DNA of 64,000 nucleotides from Alphaproteobacteria bacterium (GTDB lineage Bacteria; Pseudomonadota; Alphaproteobacteria; RF32; CAG-239): NCBI GenBank assembly GCA_017444525.1, contig JAFSWL010000022.1, positions 6,646 to 70,645 of the forward strand, read 5' to 3'. Shown piece by piece: positions 29,241 to 37,642 of this stretch (position 1 is its first letter; each line of letters starts with the position of its first letter). The notes under the pieces were generated by a model. It saw only the letters and a program-made list of their open reading frames with translations, ran no database searches and was not told where the DNA came from. The position numbers and the translations under genes were made by a program.

Positions 29241-32200
29241 CTATAATAACTCCGGTACATCGCCGTCCGAGCTGCTCTCAATAGACGGAGCAGGTTGTGT
29301 CGGTTGCGGCGGAGAAGTATATTTTGGTGTCGACTGCGGCTGCGGACGAGATTGCGGAGCCGGTGCACTGGCCGGACGTACATTGCTTTGTCTGCTACCG
29401 TCATAAGTTACCTCTGCCGAACCGCCCTCTCCGGATTCGCCATCAGAGAATGTTACGGCATCTTCTCCGTTATTTCCACCGCTCACACGCGAGCGACGCT
29501 TATCACGTTTAATACTATTCAGCCACAAATCCTGATTAGGATATATGATGATACGCGTACCGGCCGGAACGTAAGCCACAGAACGAATCCTTTCTTTACG
29601 TTTCATTATATCGTTAATGATTTTTGTAATTTGATCATTAACCTCATCTCTGGCATCTTCCGCCGCAGCGCTGCGTGCATCTTGGGTTGTAGTAGTACCG
29701 TTGGCATTTTGTGTGGTGGTTGAACCTTCGCCACGCGCCATCGCAATATTAACCAAACCTTGCAATGTTGTGGAAACAACAGGCAATGCATAGCGTTTCA
29801 TCAACTGCTCGTCGAGATAACCGATTACACCTGCTCTGCCTTGAGCATCTGCAGATTGAGCACTGCTCAATGTCCATTGCGATCCGTCCGGACGGATCAA
29901 ACGAGTCCATGTTATGCCTATTTTAACAGCGCCTCCGCTATCACCGGCCATATCGCCGCCACCGGATAATTGCCCGATAACGCGTGAACCCGCCGGAATG
30001 ATGATATTGCGCCCTTCTTCGGCAAACACATTTCTCTCGACTATAGCCGTAATCGGAATATTATCACTCAATCCTTCCGAAGCGTAAACCGAACGCGCCA
30101 ATACTGCCGGAATTCCCTTATCTTGTAAGATCATCTCACTCATATCAACACGCCAAGTAGATATATTCTGACTTCCGCCCCAGCCGTCTTCTTCATAGCC
30201 GGTAAAACTTGCCGGATTATAATTAGAATCAGCACTCGGTAATTCACCAACGGCTATTTGCGAACGACGTATCCTCTGCATACTTTGCAATGCGGCAATT
30301 CGCTGCGGATCGTACCTTTCTCCCGGACCATGCCCGCCTCCGGGGCCTACATTCGGTTTTTCTTTATGGTCATAAGCATTCGGCATAAATATACCCTGCT
30401 GTATAGGCGATATTGACTTATCTTCAACCGTACCGATTTGATTATAGTTCTTATCAACCACTGAGCCGTCCGGACGGGCAAAGCCCACAAGATCATTATC
30501 TTTCCATACCTCACCGTTCTCATAAATTTCACCGAGAATATCCCCTTCGGGACCAATTGCTATACCGACAATTCGATTACCGCGTCCCCGATGCGGGCGA
30601 GATGTTACGACTGAACTTTTTGCTTGGGCTTTTACATCATCCGGTTCAACCGGCCTTACTCTTCTATAACTTGTTTTTTCTCTTTCTTCGTCTTGTCGTA
30701 CGGGAGTAATATAATATTGATACGGGGTTGCCCGAGCTATTTCATTGTCATCGGTATCAAAAATCAAGCCGGCATCCTTCAAATAACCGATATTCTTGCC
30801 GTCTCGACTTACAACAGTACCGTTCAGCAATAACTCTCCGACCACATTATAACTGGCATCTCTGACTAAATAATCGCGATTGCCGCGCGCCACCACTTCG
30901 CCGCGCCTATCTACAACAAAACCTCTGTCCATTTTGCCGAGTTTACTGCCGACCATACTGAGAACTGTGCCGTCTTTGGTTAAATATCCATACACAATAA
31001 AGTTTTCATCATACATATAGAAATCATACAAAGCATAACCGATTGTTTCACCTTCAAATTCTACACTGCCGTCAAAATTGACATTACCGACTATCTTACC
31101 GCCGGTATTTTTAACCAGCCCCGCATTATCAACCATTCCCAAAAACTCATTACTATTGCTGTAAGCTACTTTATAGCGCATTACATTTCCCAATTCCTTT
31201 TTGGAAGCAGAAACAACATCGCCGTCAGGCTGCATATATCCGATTATTTTATCATTATTGTCGACAACTTTGCCGTTTGCCAATACGTGGGCAAATAATC
31301 TGTTTTCAAAATCAATAACCGGCTCCGGCAGAATAACTCCGTATTGTTTACGATGTTCCTCATCGACAATAATCCCCTGCCGATTGACACAACCTATATT
31401 CTTGTTGTTAATATCCTTACCCTGTGCGCCGCTTAGCGTACCGACAAAATTACCGTTATAATCTATCAATCCGTGTTGTGATACGGTATATCCTATATAA
31501 TTGCCGACATCAGATACGGCTTGTCCGTTCGGCAAAATATGTCCGCTTATTACGTCATGATGATCGATTATGTCGCCGTTACCATCGACTACACCGATAA
31601 CCGCACACTTATCATTGACAACCGGAGCAAACGGAACCAATTTACCAGTTACCGATTTGTTATTATCCATAACATATTCATTATATATCACCCGACCGGC
31701 AATTTCTCCATTGGTACCGATTATCTGTCCGTTATTGTCGGTATATCCGATTAAATCACCTCCGGTATTTAAGGCTATCAATTTATTGCCGCTAAAACCT
31801 TTCATCGGTGTTGTCAAAGGAGATAATTTATCTTTAGCTGCTACTACATAACCGCCCGGAATTACCTTGTATGCAATTTCTCCCGACTTATTCAAAATCA
31901 AATTACTGTTTGCAAACTTACCGAGTGAATCTCCGTTGTAATCCAAAGCATATCGCGGGTTCAAAATCTCGCTGACAAAATTACTGTCGTCGTGTACGAT
32001 GCCTGATTCGGTCAAAACCGTACCTTTTACCGGTCGATATAGAGCTCCGTTCGGATTTATATATGAATACATTACTCCTTCCGGTCCATAAGTTGCAGAA
32101 AGTGAATATCCCGAGCCGATAACTTTTCCATCTGCCGACATAACATAGCCGAACGGAGAAATACGAACTTTACCGTTTTTATCGCTAATATTGGCATCAA

Positions 32201-33398
32201 TATCGGATATGCCCATTGACGTATTACCTTTAAATGCCACCATCTCGCTTACCGTTCCGCCGAGAAGCGTTCCGTTAGCGCTGTAGGCAAGATTGCCGGA
32301 CATCTTACCGATAACACCTCCGCCAAGCGAAATAACCTTTCCGTTTTTCATACTTTGTCCCTTAAGGCGAGCCAAACTGTCAAACACCGGACCTGTCTTA
32401 GTTAAATTACCGATTTTCTGCCCGTTTTTACCATAAACAAAACCCTTAGCACCAATGTGTCCCACTATTTTACCGCCATCAACAACATCTCCGTTCGGAA
32501 CCAGATAACCTAAATAGTTTCCCATATTATCATTTGCCGTTGCCGATATATCAACCGCGAACCCGACAACCTCACCATTTTCGCGAACCAAATTGCCGTC
32601 AGAGCGATATCGGGCAACAACTCTGTTACCATCTTTGACTTCGCCGTTATACCCGACCACACCCATATAATTTCCGGATTGCGTAAAGGCATAACCGGTT
32701 GTGATAATGCTGCCGATAATTGTGTTTTGCGCATCGTACGCAAAGCCGTTTGCATGAATTTTGCCGATAGGCTTACCTTCAAAATCAATAATCTGTCCGG
32801 TAGGAGCGATGCTGCCCAAAAACTTTCCATCCACCGAAACAACCATTTTAGAAGACATAAGCTTACCATCTAAAACGTAATCTTCGCCTGATTTACGATA
32901 AGCGTAACCGTTAGCTGAAACAAAACCTATATGTTGTCCTTCCAGCTTTGTATATTCGCCGCCGCCGGTTAGACGACCGATAGCCTCACCATTCGGAGAA
33001 TAAATGATTCCGGGATATAATATTTCGCCGATAATTTTAGCGTCATTGTTTAATACCAAGCCATTAGGCAACGAGCGTCCGAGCGTTTTTCCGCTTAGAC
33101 TGCGCACTATACCGTCGCTGTGAATCTTGCCTAAAAGACGATTATCCAACCCGATGGCGATACCTTGCGGCACTATGCCGCCAATAACTGAACCGCGGTC
33201 ATTTATGATTAAACTGTCGGCTGTAACGGAACCTATATTTTCTCCATCAGGGCCGATTACCATACCGTTTGATATAACTTGTCCGATGATATTGCCGTCA
33301 AAATCAATGGCCGTAATTTCAGCAGTATAACCCTTAAGCGGAAGAAGTACTCCTGCTAAGAATAATATCTTTTGTGCAGTTTTTACTATTCTCAACAT
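29241..33398 (-). CDS. virB10: giant VirB10/TrbI-family protein with about 860-aa N-terminal repeat region
   Basis: aa ~1090-1294 (nt ~29517-30131) match the TrbI/VirB10 barrel region (IPAVLARSVYASEG..., IIIPAGSRVIG, ITWTRLIRPDGS, DAQGRAGVIGYLDEQL, VPAGTRIIIYPNQDLWL). The N-terminus is a signal-peptide-like segment, followed by degenerate G-x-[VI]-x-D-x-x-G-x-x-[IL]-G repeats. C-terminal Pro-rich tail. Confidence 0.85.
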   Translation of the reverse strand: MLRIVKTAQKILFLAGVLLPLKGYTAEITAIDFDGNIIGQVISNGMVIGPDGENIGSVTADSLIINDRGSVIGGIVPQGIAIGLDNRLLGKIHSDGIVRSLSGKTLGRSLPNGLVLNNDAKIIGEILYPGIIYSPNGEAIGRLTGGGEYTKLEGQHIGFVSANGYAYRKSGEDYVLDGKLMSSKMVVSVDGKFLGSIAPTGQIIDFEGKPIGKIHANGFAYDAQNTIIGSIITTGYAFTQSGNYMGVVGYNGEVKDGNRVVARYRSDGNLVRENGEVVGFAVDISATANDNMGNYLGYLVPNGDVVDGGKIVGHIGAKGFVYGKNGQKIGNLTKTGPVFDSLARLKGQSMKNGKVISLGGGVIGKMSGNLAYSANGTLLGGTVSEMVAFKGNTSMGISDIDANISDKNGKVRISPFGYVMSADGKVIGSGYSLSATYGPEGVMYSYINPNGALYRPVKGTVLTESGIVHDDSNFVSEILNPRYALDYNGDSLGKFANSNLILNKSGEIAYKVIPGGYVVAAKDKLSPLTTPMKGFSGNKLIALNTGGDLIGYTDNNGQIIGTNGEIAGRVIYNEYVMDNNKSVTGKLVPFAPVVNDKCAVIGVVDGNGDIIDHHDVISGHILPNGQAVSDVGNYIGYTVSQHGLIDYNGNFVGTLSGAQGKDINNKNIGCVNRQGIIVDEEHRKQYGVILPEPVIDFENRLFAHVLANGKVVDNNDKIIGYMQPDGDVVSASKKELGNVMRYKVAYSNSNEFLGMVDNAGLVKNTGGKIVGNVNFDGSVEFEGETIGYALYDFYMYDENFIVYGYLTKDGTVLSMVGSKLGKMDRGFVVDRRGEVVARGNRDYLVRDASYNVVGELLLNGTVVSRDGKNIGYLKDAGLIFDTDDNEIARATPYQYYITPVRQDEEREKTSYRRVRPVEPDDVKAQAKSSVVTSRPHRGRGNRIVGIAIGPEGDILGEIYENGEVWKDNDLVGFARPDGSVVDKNYNQIGTVEDKSISPIQQGIFMPNAYDHKEKPNVGPGGGHGPGERYDPQRIAALQSMQRIRRSQIAVGELPSADSNYNPASFTGYEEDGWGGSQNISTWRVDMSEMILQDKGIPAVLARSVYASEGLSDNIPITAIVERNVFAEEGRNIIIPAGSRVIGQLSGGGDMAGDSGGAVKIGITWTRLIRPDGSQWTLSSAQSADAQGRAGVIGYLDEQLMKRYALPVVSTTLQGLVNIAMARGEGSTTTQNANGTTTTQDARSAAAEDARDEVNDQITKIINDIMKRKERIRSVAYVPAGTRIIIYPNQDLWLNSIKRDKRRSRVSGGNNGEDAVTFSDGESGEGGSAEVTYDGSRQSNVRPASAPAPQSRPQPQSTPKYTSPPQPTQPAPSIESSSDGDVPELL
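30732..33308 (-). repeat. intragenic coding repeat array (degenerate ~17-residue units) in virB10
   Basis: Recurrent nG-x-V-x-D-x-x-G-x-x-IG-x-V pattern from IDFDGNIIGQV onward. A further short block occurs near aa 945-990. Confidence 0.7.
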
Positions 33399-33400
33399 CT

Positions 33401-36400
33401 CTAATTCCTCCTGTTACGGGCTACTTCCGGCAAACTGTAACCGGATACGTTTTTATCGACATCAATAAATGAACCGTTGCTTTTTAAATATCCGACTTCA
33501 TTATTCTGGCCGGAAACAACGCGTCCGTTGGCAGATAAGCGTCCGACATATTCGCCGTTATTTGATAGAATCGTGTTACCGATGGTATAAACATGACCAA
33601 TAATATTATTCTGTGTATCTATTGCCAATGCGTCAGTCAAAATCTTGCCGATAATCGTGCCGTTATAGTATATTTTACCATCGAATCCAACTATACCTTT
33701 TAGTGTATCATCATTACCGATAACGATATCGCCGCTGATTACTTCTCCCAAAAATTTACCGCTGCCACTGATAACCTTTCCGTCAGACAGTGTTTTCCCC
33801 GACATAATATGCTTGGTATCATAATATTCACCATTAGGAGCCGCCGTACCGACAACTTCTCCGGCGGAATTAATTACTGCACCGGACTGAAGCAAAACCA
33901 GATTGCTGCTGTTACCTCCGCCAGGTAACATAGCTGCTATTTCTTTTCTGTTAGCCCCAACAATCATACCCAGGCTATTTGTCATTCCTATTGGATTGCC
34001 GTATACATCTGACATAACTCCTTCCGGCAAAACTTCTCCGACAATTTTATCGCTATTGAGGATGTGTCCGTCCGGAATCACTTTGCCCGTAACCTCACCC
34101 CGACGATATTTTTGTTTGGAGCCATCTTTGACATTTTCAAGCTCAATTACTTTACCGGTGGAAACCACATATCCCAAATAAGCGCCGTCATATCCGCGGA
34201 CACTGCCTTGTTTGACAACACCGGCAACCAACCGACCTGTCTTATCAAACATATATCCTTTGGCATCTATTTGACCAATTTTACTACCCTTATAATCTAC
34301 GACGGATAAATCATAATTGACTTTGCCCAATAAATTACCGCTGGTATCAACTACATACGCCGGACGGATATTTTTGCCGACAATCCCGTTATAATAGCCG
34401 ATATCCCCGCTGTTTATATTGTCAACAACCGCGCCAATCTGATCGTAAACAAGTCCGTCAGGGAACAGATGTCCTATTTTATGTCCCGAAGAATCTGCCA
34501 CAATATTAATCTCCGGAACAGCGTAACCATATATTTTATTATTTCTGCCGACTAATAAATTATTGACACTGACGTATGCCGACTTGCCATCAGAAAGTGC
34601 AATATGTCCGGTTTGATCTACCGTTCCCAGAGGTTTTCCATCGAATCCGTAACCATATTTTGCATCAGAAACTCTTCCTATATATACTCCATCGACATCA
34701 TAAACATCTCCGTAAGAATCCGCACAGCCGACAGCTTCGCCGCTTTCGTTGCGCAATAAACCGCTTTCATCCAGAACTCCCATCGGCTTCCATGTTGTAG
34801 CAGACAAAACAAAATTCCTGCGGACAAGGTGTCCTTTAATCTTAGGTTCTTCCAAATCAAGAACTGTACCATCCGGATTAAGGCATCCTATCTCCTGATT
34901 ATTGACATCGCGTACATAACCATCAGCAGATGCTTCTCCTATGTAAGAACACTCATTATCATAAACACTGCCGGTCATCATAGTACGTCCGGCAAATACT
35001 CCTTCCGGTGTCCACACCGTACCGTCCGGATAAATTTTATAGCCGGTTTCTTTACCTTCGCGCCGAACCAACCCGTCTTTATCAAGTTTCAAACTGTAAT
35101 CACATCCCCAGTTAACAATATATCCTTGTCTTACACCTCTAGCCAAGATTTTGGCTCCGGACATATCAGTAATCAAACCATCTGGGCGAATTTTTCCGAT
35201 AACCTTTTGCTGGTCTGTGATTTCTCCGCGATTATTAATTGTTCCCAACAACTCTCCGGCCGGTGTAATCGGTAAGAGCAGTTTATCAATCGTGCCTCCG
35301 ATGATTCTTCTGCCTAATGCGCGAATATTACCGTTGGCATCTACAATTCCGATAATTTCCTTATCGTTACGTACCAAACCGTTTTTATCGACATAACCTA
35401 TAACATGACCCGCATCGTCATAAGCTATAAGAGCTTCATCTCCGCGAACACCTATAATATTACCGTTTCCATCGACAATATTTCCGTTTTCATCAACGTG
35501 ACCTATCATATTTCCATTAAAATCACGAACATTGCCATCTTTATTGATATAACCTATCACATTGCCGTTTTCGTCAACTACAAGTTCTTCAGCTTCACCG
35601 GTACGACCGACTATGTCACCCGAATAATCTCTGCGAATCAATTGCCCTTTTTCATCAGTTGTTCCCAAAAACGCACCATCAAAATCGTGTACAACGCCTT
35701 TTTCATCTACAAAACCCATAATTTTTCCGTTTTTATCCAAAGCAATACGTATATCACTCTTGCGACCTATGGCATTACCGTTTTCATCAATGATATTACC
35801 ATTTTCATCGGTATGTCCGATTAGATTACCGTCAAAATCATATACATTGCCGTCGGCATCAATATAACCGATAGGATTGCCATTAGCATCAACCGCTACT
35901 TCACGCTGATAACCAATGATATTTCTATTTTCATCTAGGACATTACCGTTTTCATCTACATGACCAATTACAGTACCGTTTAAATCATGAGCTATGCCGT
36001 TTTCATCTATATAACCGATGATAACACCGTTTTCATCAATAATGAGTTTGGCTTTGTCACCTACGCTGCCCAAAACAGTTACTTTCGGTTTATTACCAAT
36101 AATACTGCCGCTTTCATCAACATAGCCGATTAGATTACCGTTGTTGTCATGAACCAGATTTTCATCATCTATATAACCGATAACATTACCGTTTTCATCA
36201 AGTGCCAAATCATGCCATTCATCGCTGACACGACCTATAATTTTACCATTCTTATCGATTATATTGCCATTTTCATCAACATGACCGATTAGATTACCAT
36301 TAAAATCACGAACATTGCCATTTTCATCAACATATCCTATAATATTGCCGGCATCGTCATAAACCATCTGAGCTTGTCCGCCGCGCTTACCGATTATTTG

Positions 36401-37642
36401 CTTTGTTGTAATGGTTCCGTCAGGATTCATGTGACCGATAATATTACCGTCGGCATCAACCACATCTCCGTTAGGCATAACCACTCCGATAACATTGCCG
36501 TCAGCATCGGTTACAACTTCACCGGCTTTTGCCACATGACCGATAATATTGCCGTTAGCATCAATTACGTTACTGTTTTTATCCAAATGACCGATTACAT
36601 TACCATCCGTATCAACCACACTTCCGTCCGGCAAAACTTTACCGATAATCTGCCCGTTGGCATCAACAACTATACCTGCTTCAACCGCTTTTCCGATAAC
36701 TTTTCCATTTGAATCGACAACCGTACCGTCAGGCAACATAGTCCCAATTGCATTGCCATCAATGTCATACGCTACACCATTGGCATCGACATAACCGATG
36801 ACATTATCGTTTTCATCCATAATCAATTTGCTGTTGGCGGCAACACCAATGATATTACCTTCAGAGTCAACAATCATACCATCCGCATTAACTCGACCGA
36901 TGACATTGCCCTTACCGTCAGACACATTACCGTTTTCATCAATGGCACCTATAACTTTTCCATCCGGACCAATGGCATAACGGTAACCACCAATTGCAAC
37001 ACCGCTACTTGGAACGGCCGCAACTATATCTGTTTCGCAAAAATTACAATTTTCTTTTGTAACTGCACTGCCGCGTACAGTTATCTCGTCGTGCTTGGCA
37101 TTTTGTGCGGATATATTTGTTTCATGCCATACAATCTTAAAATTGCTTTGTACATTTCCGGCAACACTAGGCACCCATTTGGTAGTAACCATACAGGTTA
37201 AATTGCCTCGCAACTCCTTATTCTGACAATTGCTTGAATCATAAGAAAAGCCATCAAACGGAGCATCTTCCAATTCTACCGACAAAATACGTATTTCACG
37301 TTTGCCATTGCTGCCTATTGTCAATACATTTGTAGCTTCGTTACCCAATATAATCTGACCCATATTAAGCTCAAGCGGTGACAAAGTAATGGGACGCTCA
37401 TCATCTTCTGTTTTATCGAACTCAATTTCATTCGGAATTTCTTGATTTTTAATGTTAATATCCGTTTCTGCATCAATACCGCTATCATCGACTATTGTTG
37501 CCCTTTCTTCCTCTTGCGTATCGGCTGTTGCTAGCATAAGAGTAAAGAGGAAAGTCAACAGCGCAATTATGCCGATAATCAAGATAATCTTATCGGTTTT
37601 TTTGACATATCTGTCGGCTCTTGTTAACGGACCTTTACTCAT
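33401..37642 (-). CDS. 1413-aa membrane-anchored repeat protein encoded between virB9 and virB10
   Basis: Short basic N-terminus, one TM helix (aa 19-38), an Ig-like beta segment (aa ~85-195), then ~1200 aa of 17-residue repeats (e.g. PDGTVVDSNGKVIGKAV / EAGIVVDANGQIIGKVL). The start abuts the virB9 stop. Its stop TAG lies 2 nt from the virB10 ATG, with AGGAGG inside its last codons. Confidence 0.85.
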   Translation of the reverse strand: MSKGPLTRADRYVKKTDKIILIIGIIALLTFLFTLMLATADTQEEERATIVDDSGIDAETDINIKNQEIPNEIEFDKTEDDERPITLSPLELNMGQIILGNEATNVLTIGSNGKREIRILSVELEDAPFDGFSYDSSNCQNKELRGNLTCMVTTKWVPSVAGNVQSNFKIVWHETNISAQNAKHDEITVRGSAVTKENCNFCETDIVAAVPSSGVAIGGYRYAIGPDGKVIGAIDENGNVSDGKGNVIGRVNADGMIVDSEGNIIGVAANSKLIMDENDNVIGYVDANGVAYDIDGNAIGTMLPDGTVVDSNGKVIGKAVEAGIVVDANGQIIGKVLPDGSVVDTDGNVIGHLDKNSNVIDANGNIIGHVAKAGEVVTDADGNVIGVVMPNGDVVDADGNIIGHMNPDGTITTKQIIGKRGGQAQMVYDDAGNIIGYVDENGNVRDFNGNLIGHVDENGNIIDKNGKIIGRVSDEWHDLALDENGNVIGYIDDENLVHDNNGNLIGYVDESGSIIGNKPKVTVLGSVGDKAKLIIDENGVIIGYIDENGIAHDLNGTVIGHVDENGNVLDENRNIIGYQREVAVDANGNPIGYIDADGNVYDFDGNLIGHTDENGNIIDENGNAIGRKSDIRIALDKNGKIMGFVDEKGVVHDFDGAFLGTTDEKGQLIRRDYSGDIVGRTGEAEELVVDENGNVIGYINKDGNVRDFNGNMIGHVDENGNIVDGNGNIIGVRGDEALIAYDDAGHVIGYVDKNGLVRNDKEIIGIVDANGNIRALGRRIIGGTIDKLLLPITPAGELLGTINNRGEITDQQKVIGKIRPDGLITDMSGAKILARGVRQGYIVNWGCDYSLKLDKDGLVRREGKETGYKIYPDGTVWTPEGVFAGRTMMTGSVYDNECSYIGEASADGYVRDVNNQEIGCLNPDGTVLDLEEPKIKGHLVRRNFVLSATTWKPMGVLDESGLLRNESGEAVGCADSYGDVYDVDGVYIGRVSDAKYGYGFDGKPLGTVDQTGHIALSDGKSAYVSVNNLLVGRNNKIYGYAVPEINIVADSSGHKIGHLFPDGLVYDQIGAVVDNINSGDIGYYNGIVGKNIRPAYVVDTSGNLLGKVNYDLSVVDYKGSKIGQIDAKGYMFDKTGRLVAGVVKQGSVRGYDGAYLGYVVSTGKVIELENVKDGSKQKYRRGEVTGKVIPDGHILNSDKIVGEVLPEGVMSDVYGNPIGMTNSLGMIVGANRKEIAAMLPGGGNSSNLVLLQSGAVINSAGEVVGTAAPNGEYYDTKHIMSGKTLSDGKVISGSGKFLGEVISGDIVIGNDDTLKGIVGFDGKIYYNGTIIGKILTDALAIDTQNNIIGHVYTIGNTILSNNGEYVGRLSANGRVVSGQNNEVGYLKSNGSFIDVDKNVSGYSLPEVARNRRN
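33440..36980 (-). repeat. intragenic coding repeat array (17-residue units, ~55-residue super-repeats)
   Basis: Crisp repeats run from ~35.3 to 36.98 kb, with the DENG-encoding motif CCGTTTTCATC recurring on the plus strand. They become degenerate toward the 3' end. An exact 25-mer is shared at 35514-35538 and 36297-36321. Confidence 0.85.

Noticed and set aside
29231-29404. N-terminal 58-codon extension of the virB11 ORF
   Set aside because: It is Arg-rich nonsense overlapping the Pro-rich tail of virB10. A GGAGAGG RBS precedes the ATG at 29230, which begins a normal VirB11 N-terminus.
34829-36712. Several 110-150-aa plus-strand ORFs (34829-35275, 35405-35824, 36374-36712) inside the 1413-aa repeat gene
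   Set aside because: The repeat codon usage on the minus strand (GAT/GAA/AAC/GGN/ATT) simply lacks reverse-complement stop codons. The translations are Ile/Phe/Thr-rich nonsense with the same periodicity.
33400-37000. Regularly spaced short DNA repeats that could superficially resemble a CRISPR array
   Set aside because: The repeats are in frame within a continuous 4.2-kb ORF. The period is 51 nt and multiples, encoding a 17-aa unit. The 'spacers' are themselves related in sequence, and no cas genes are present.
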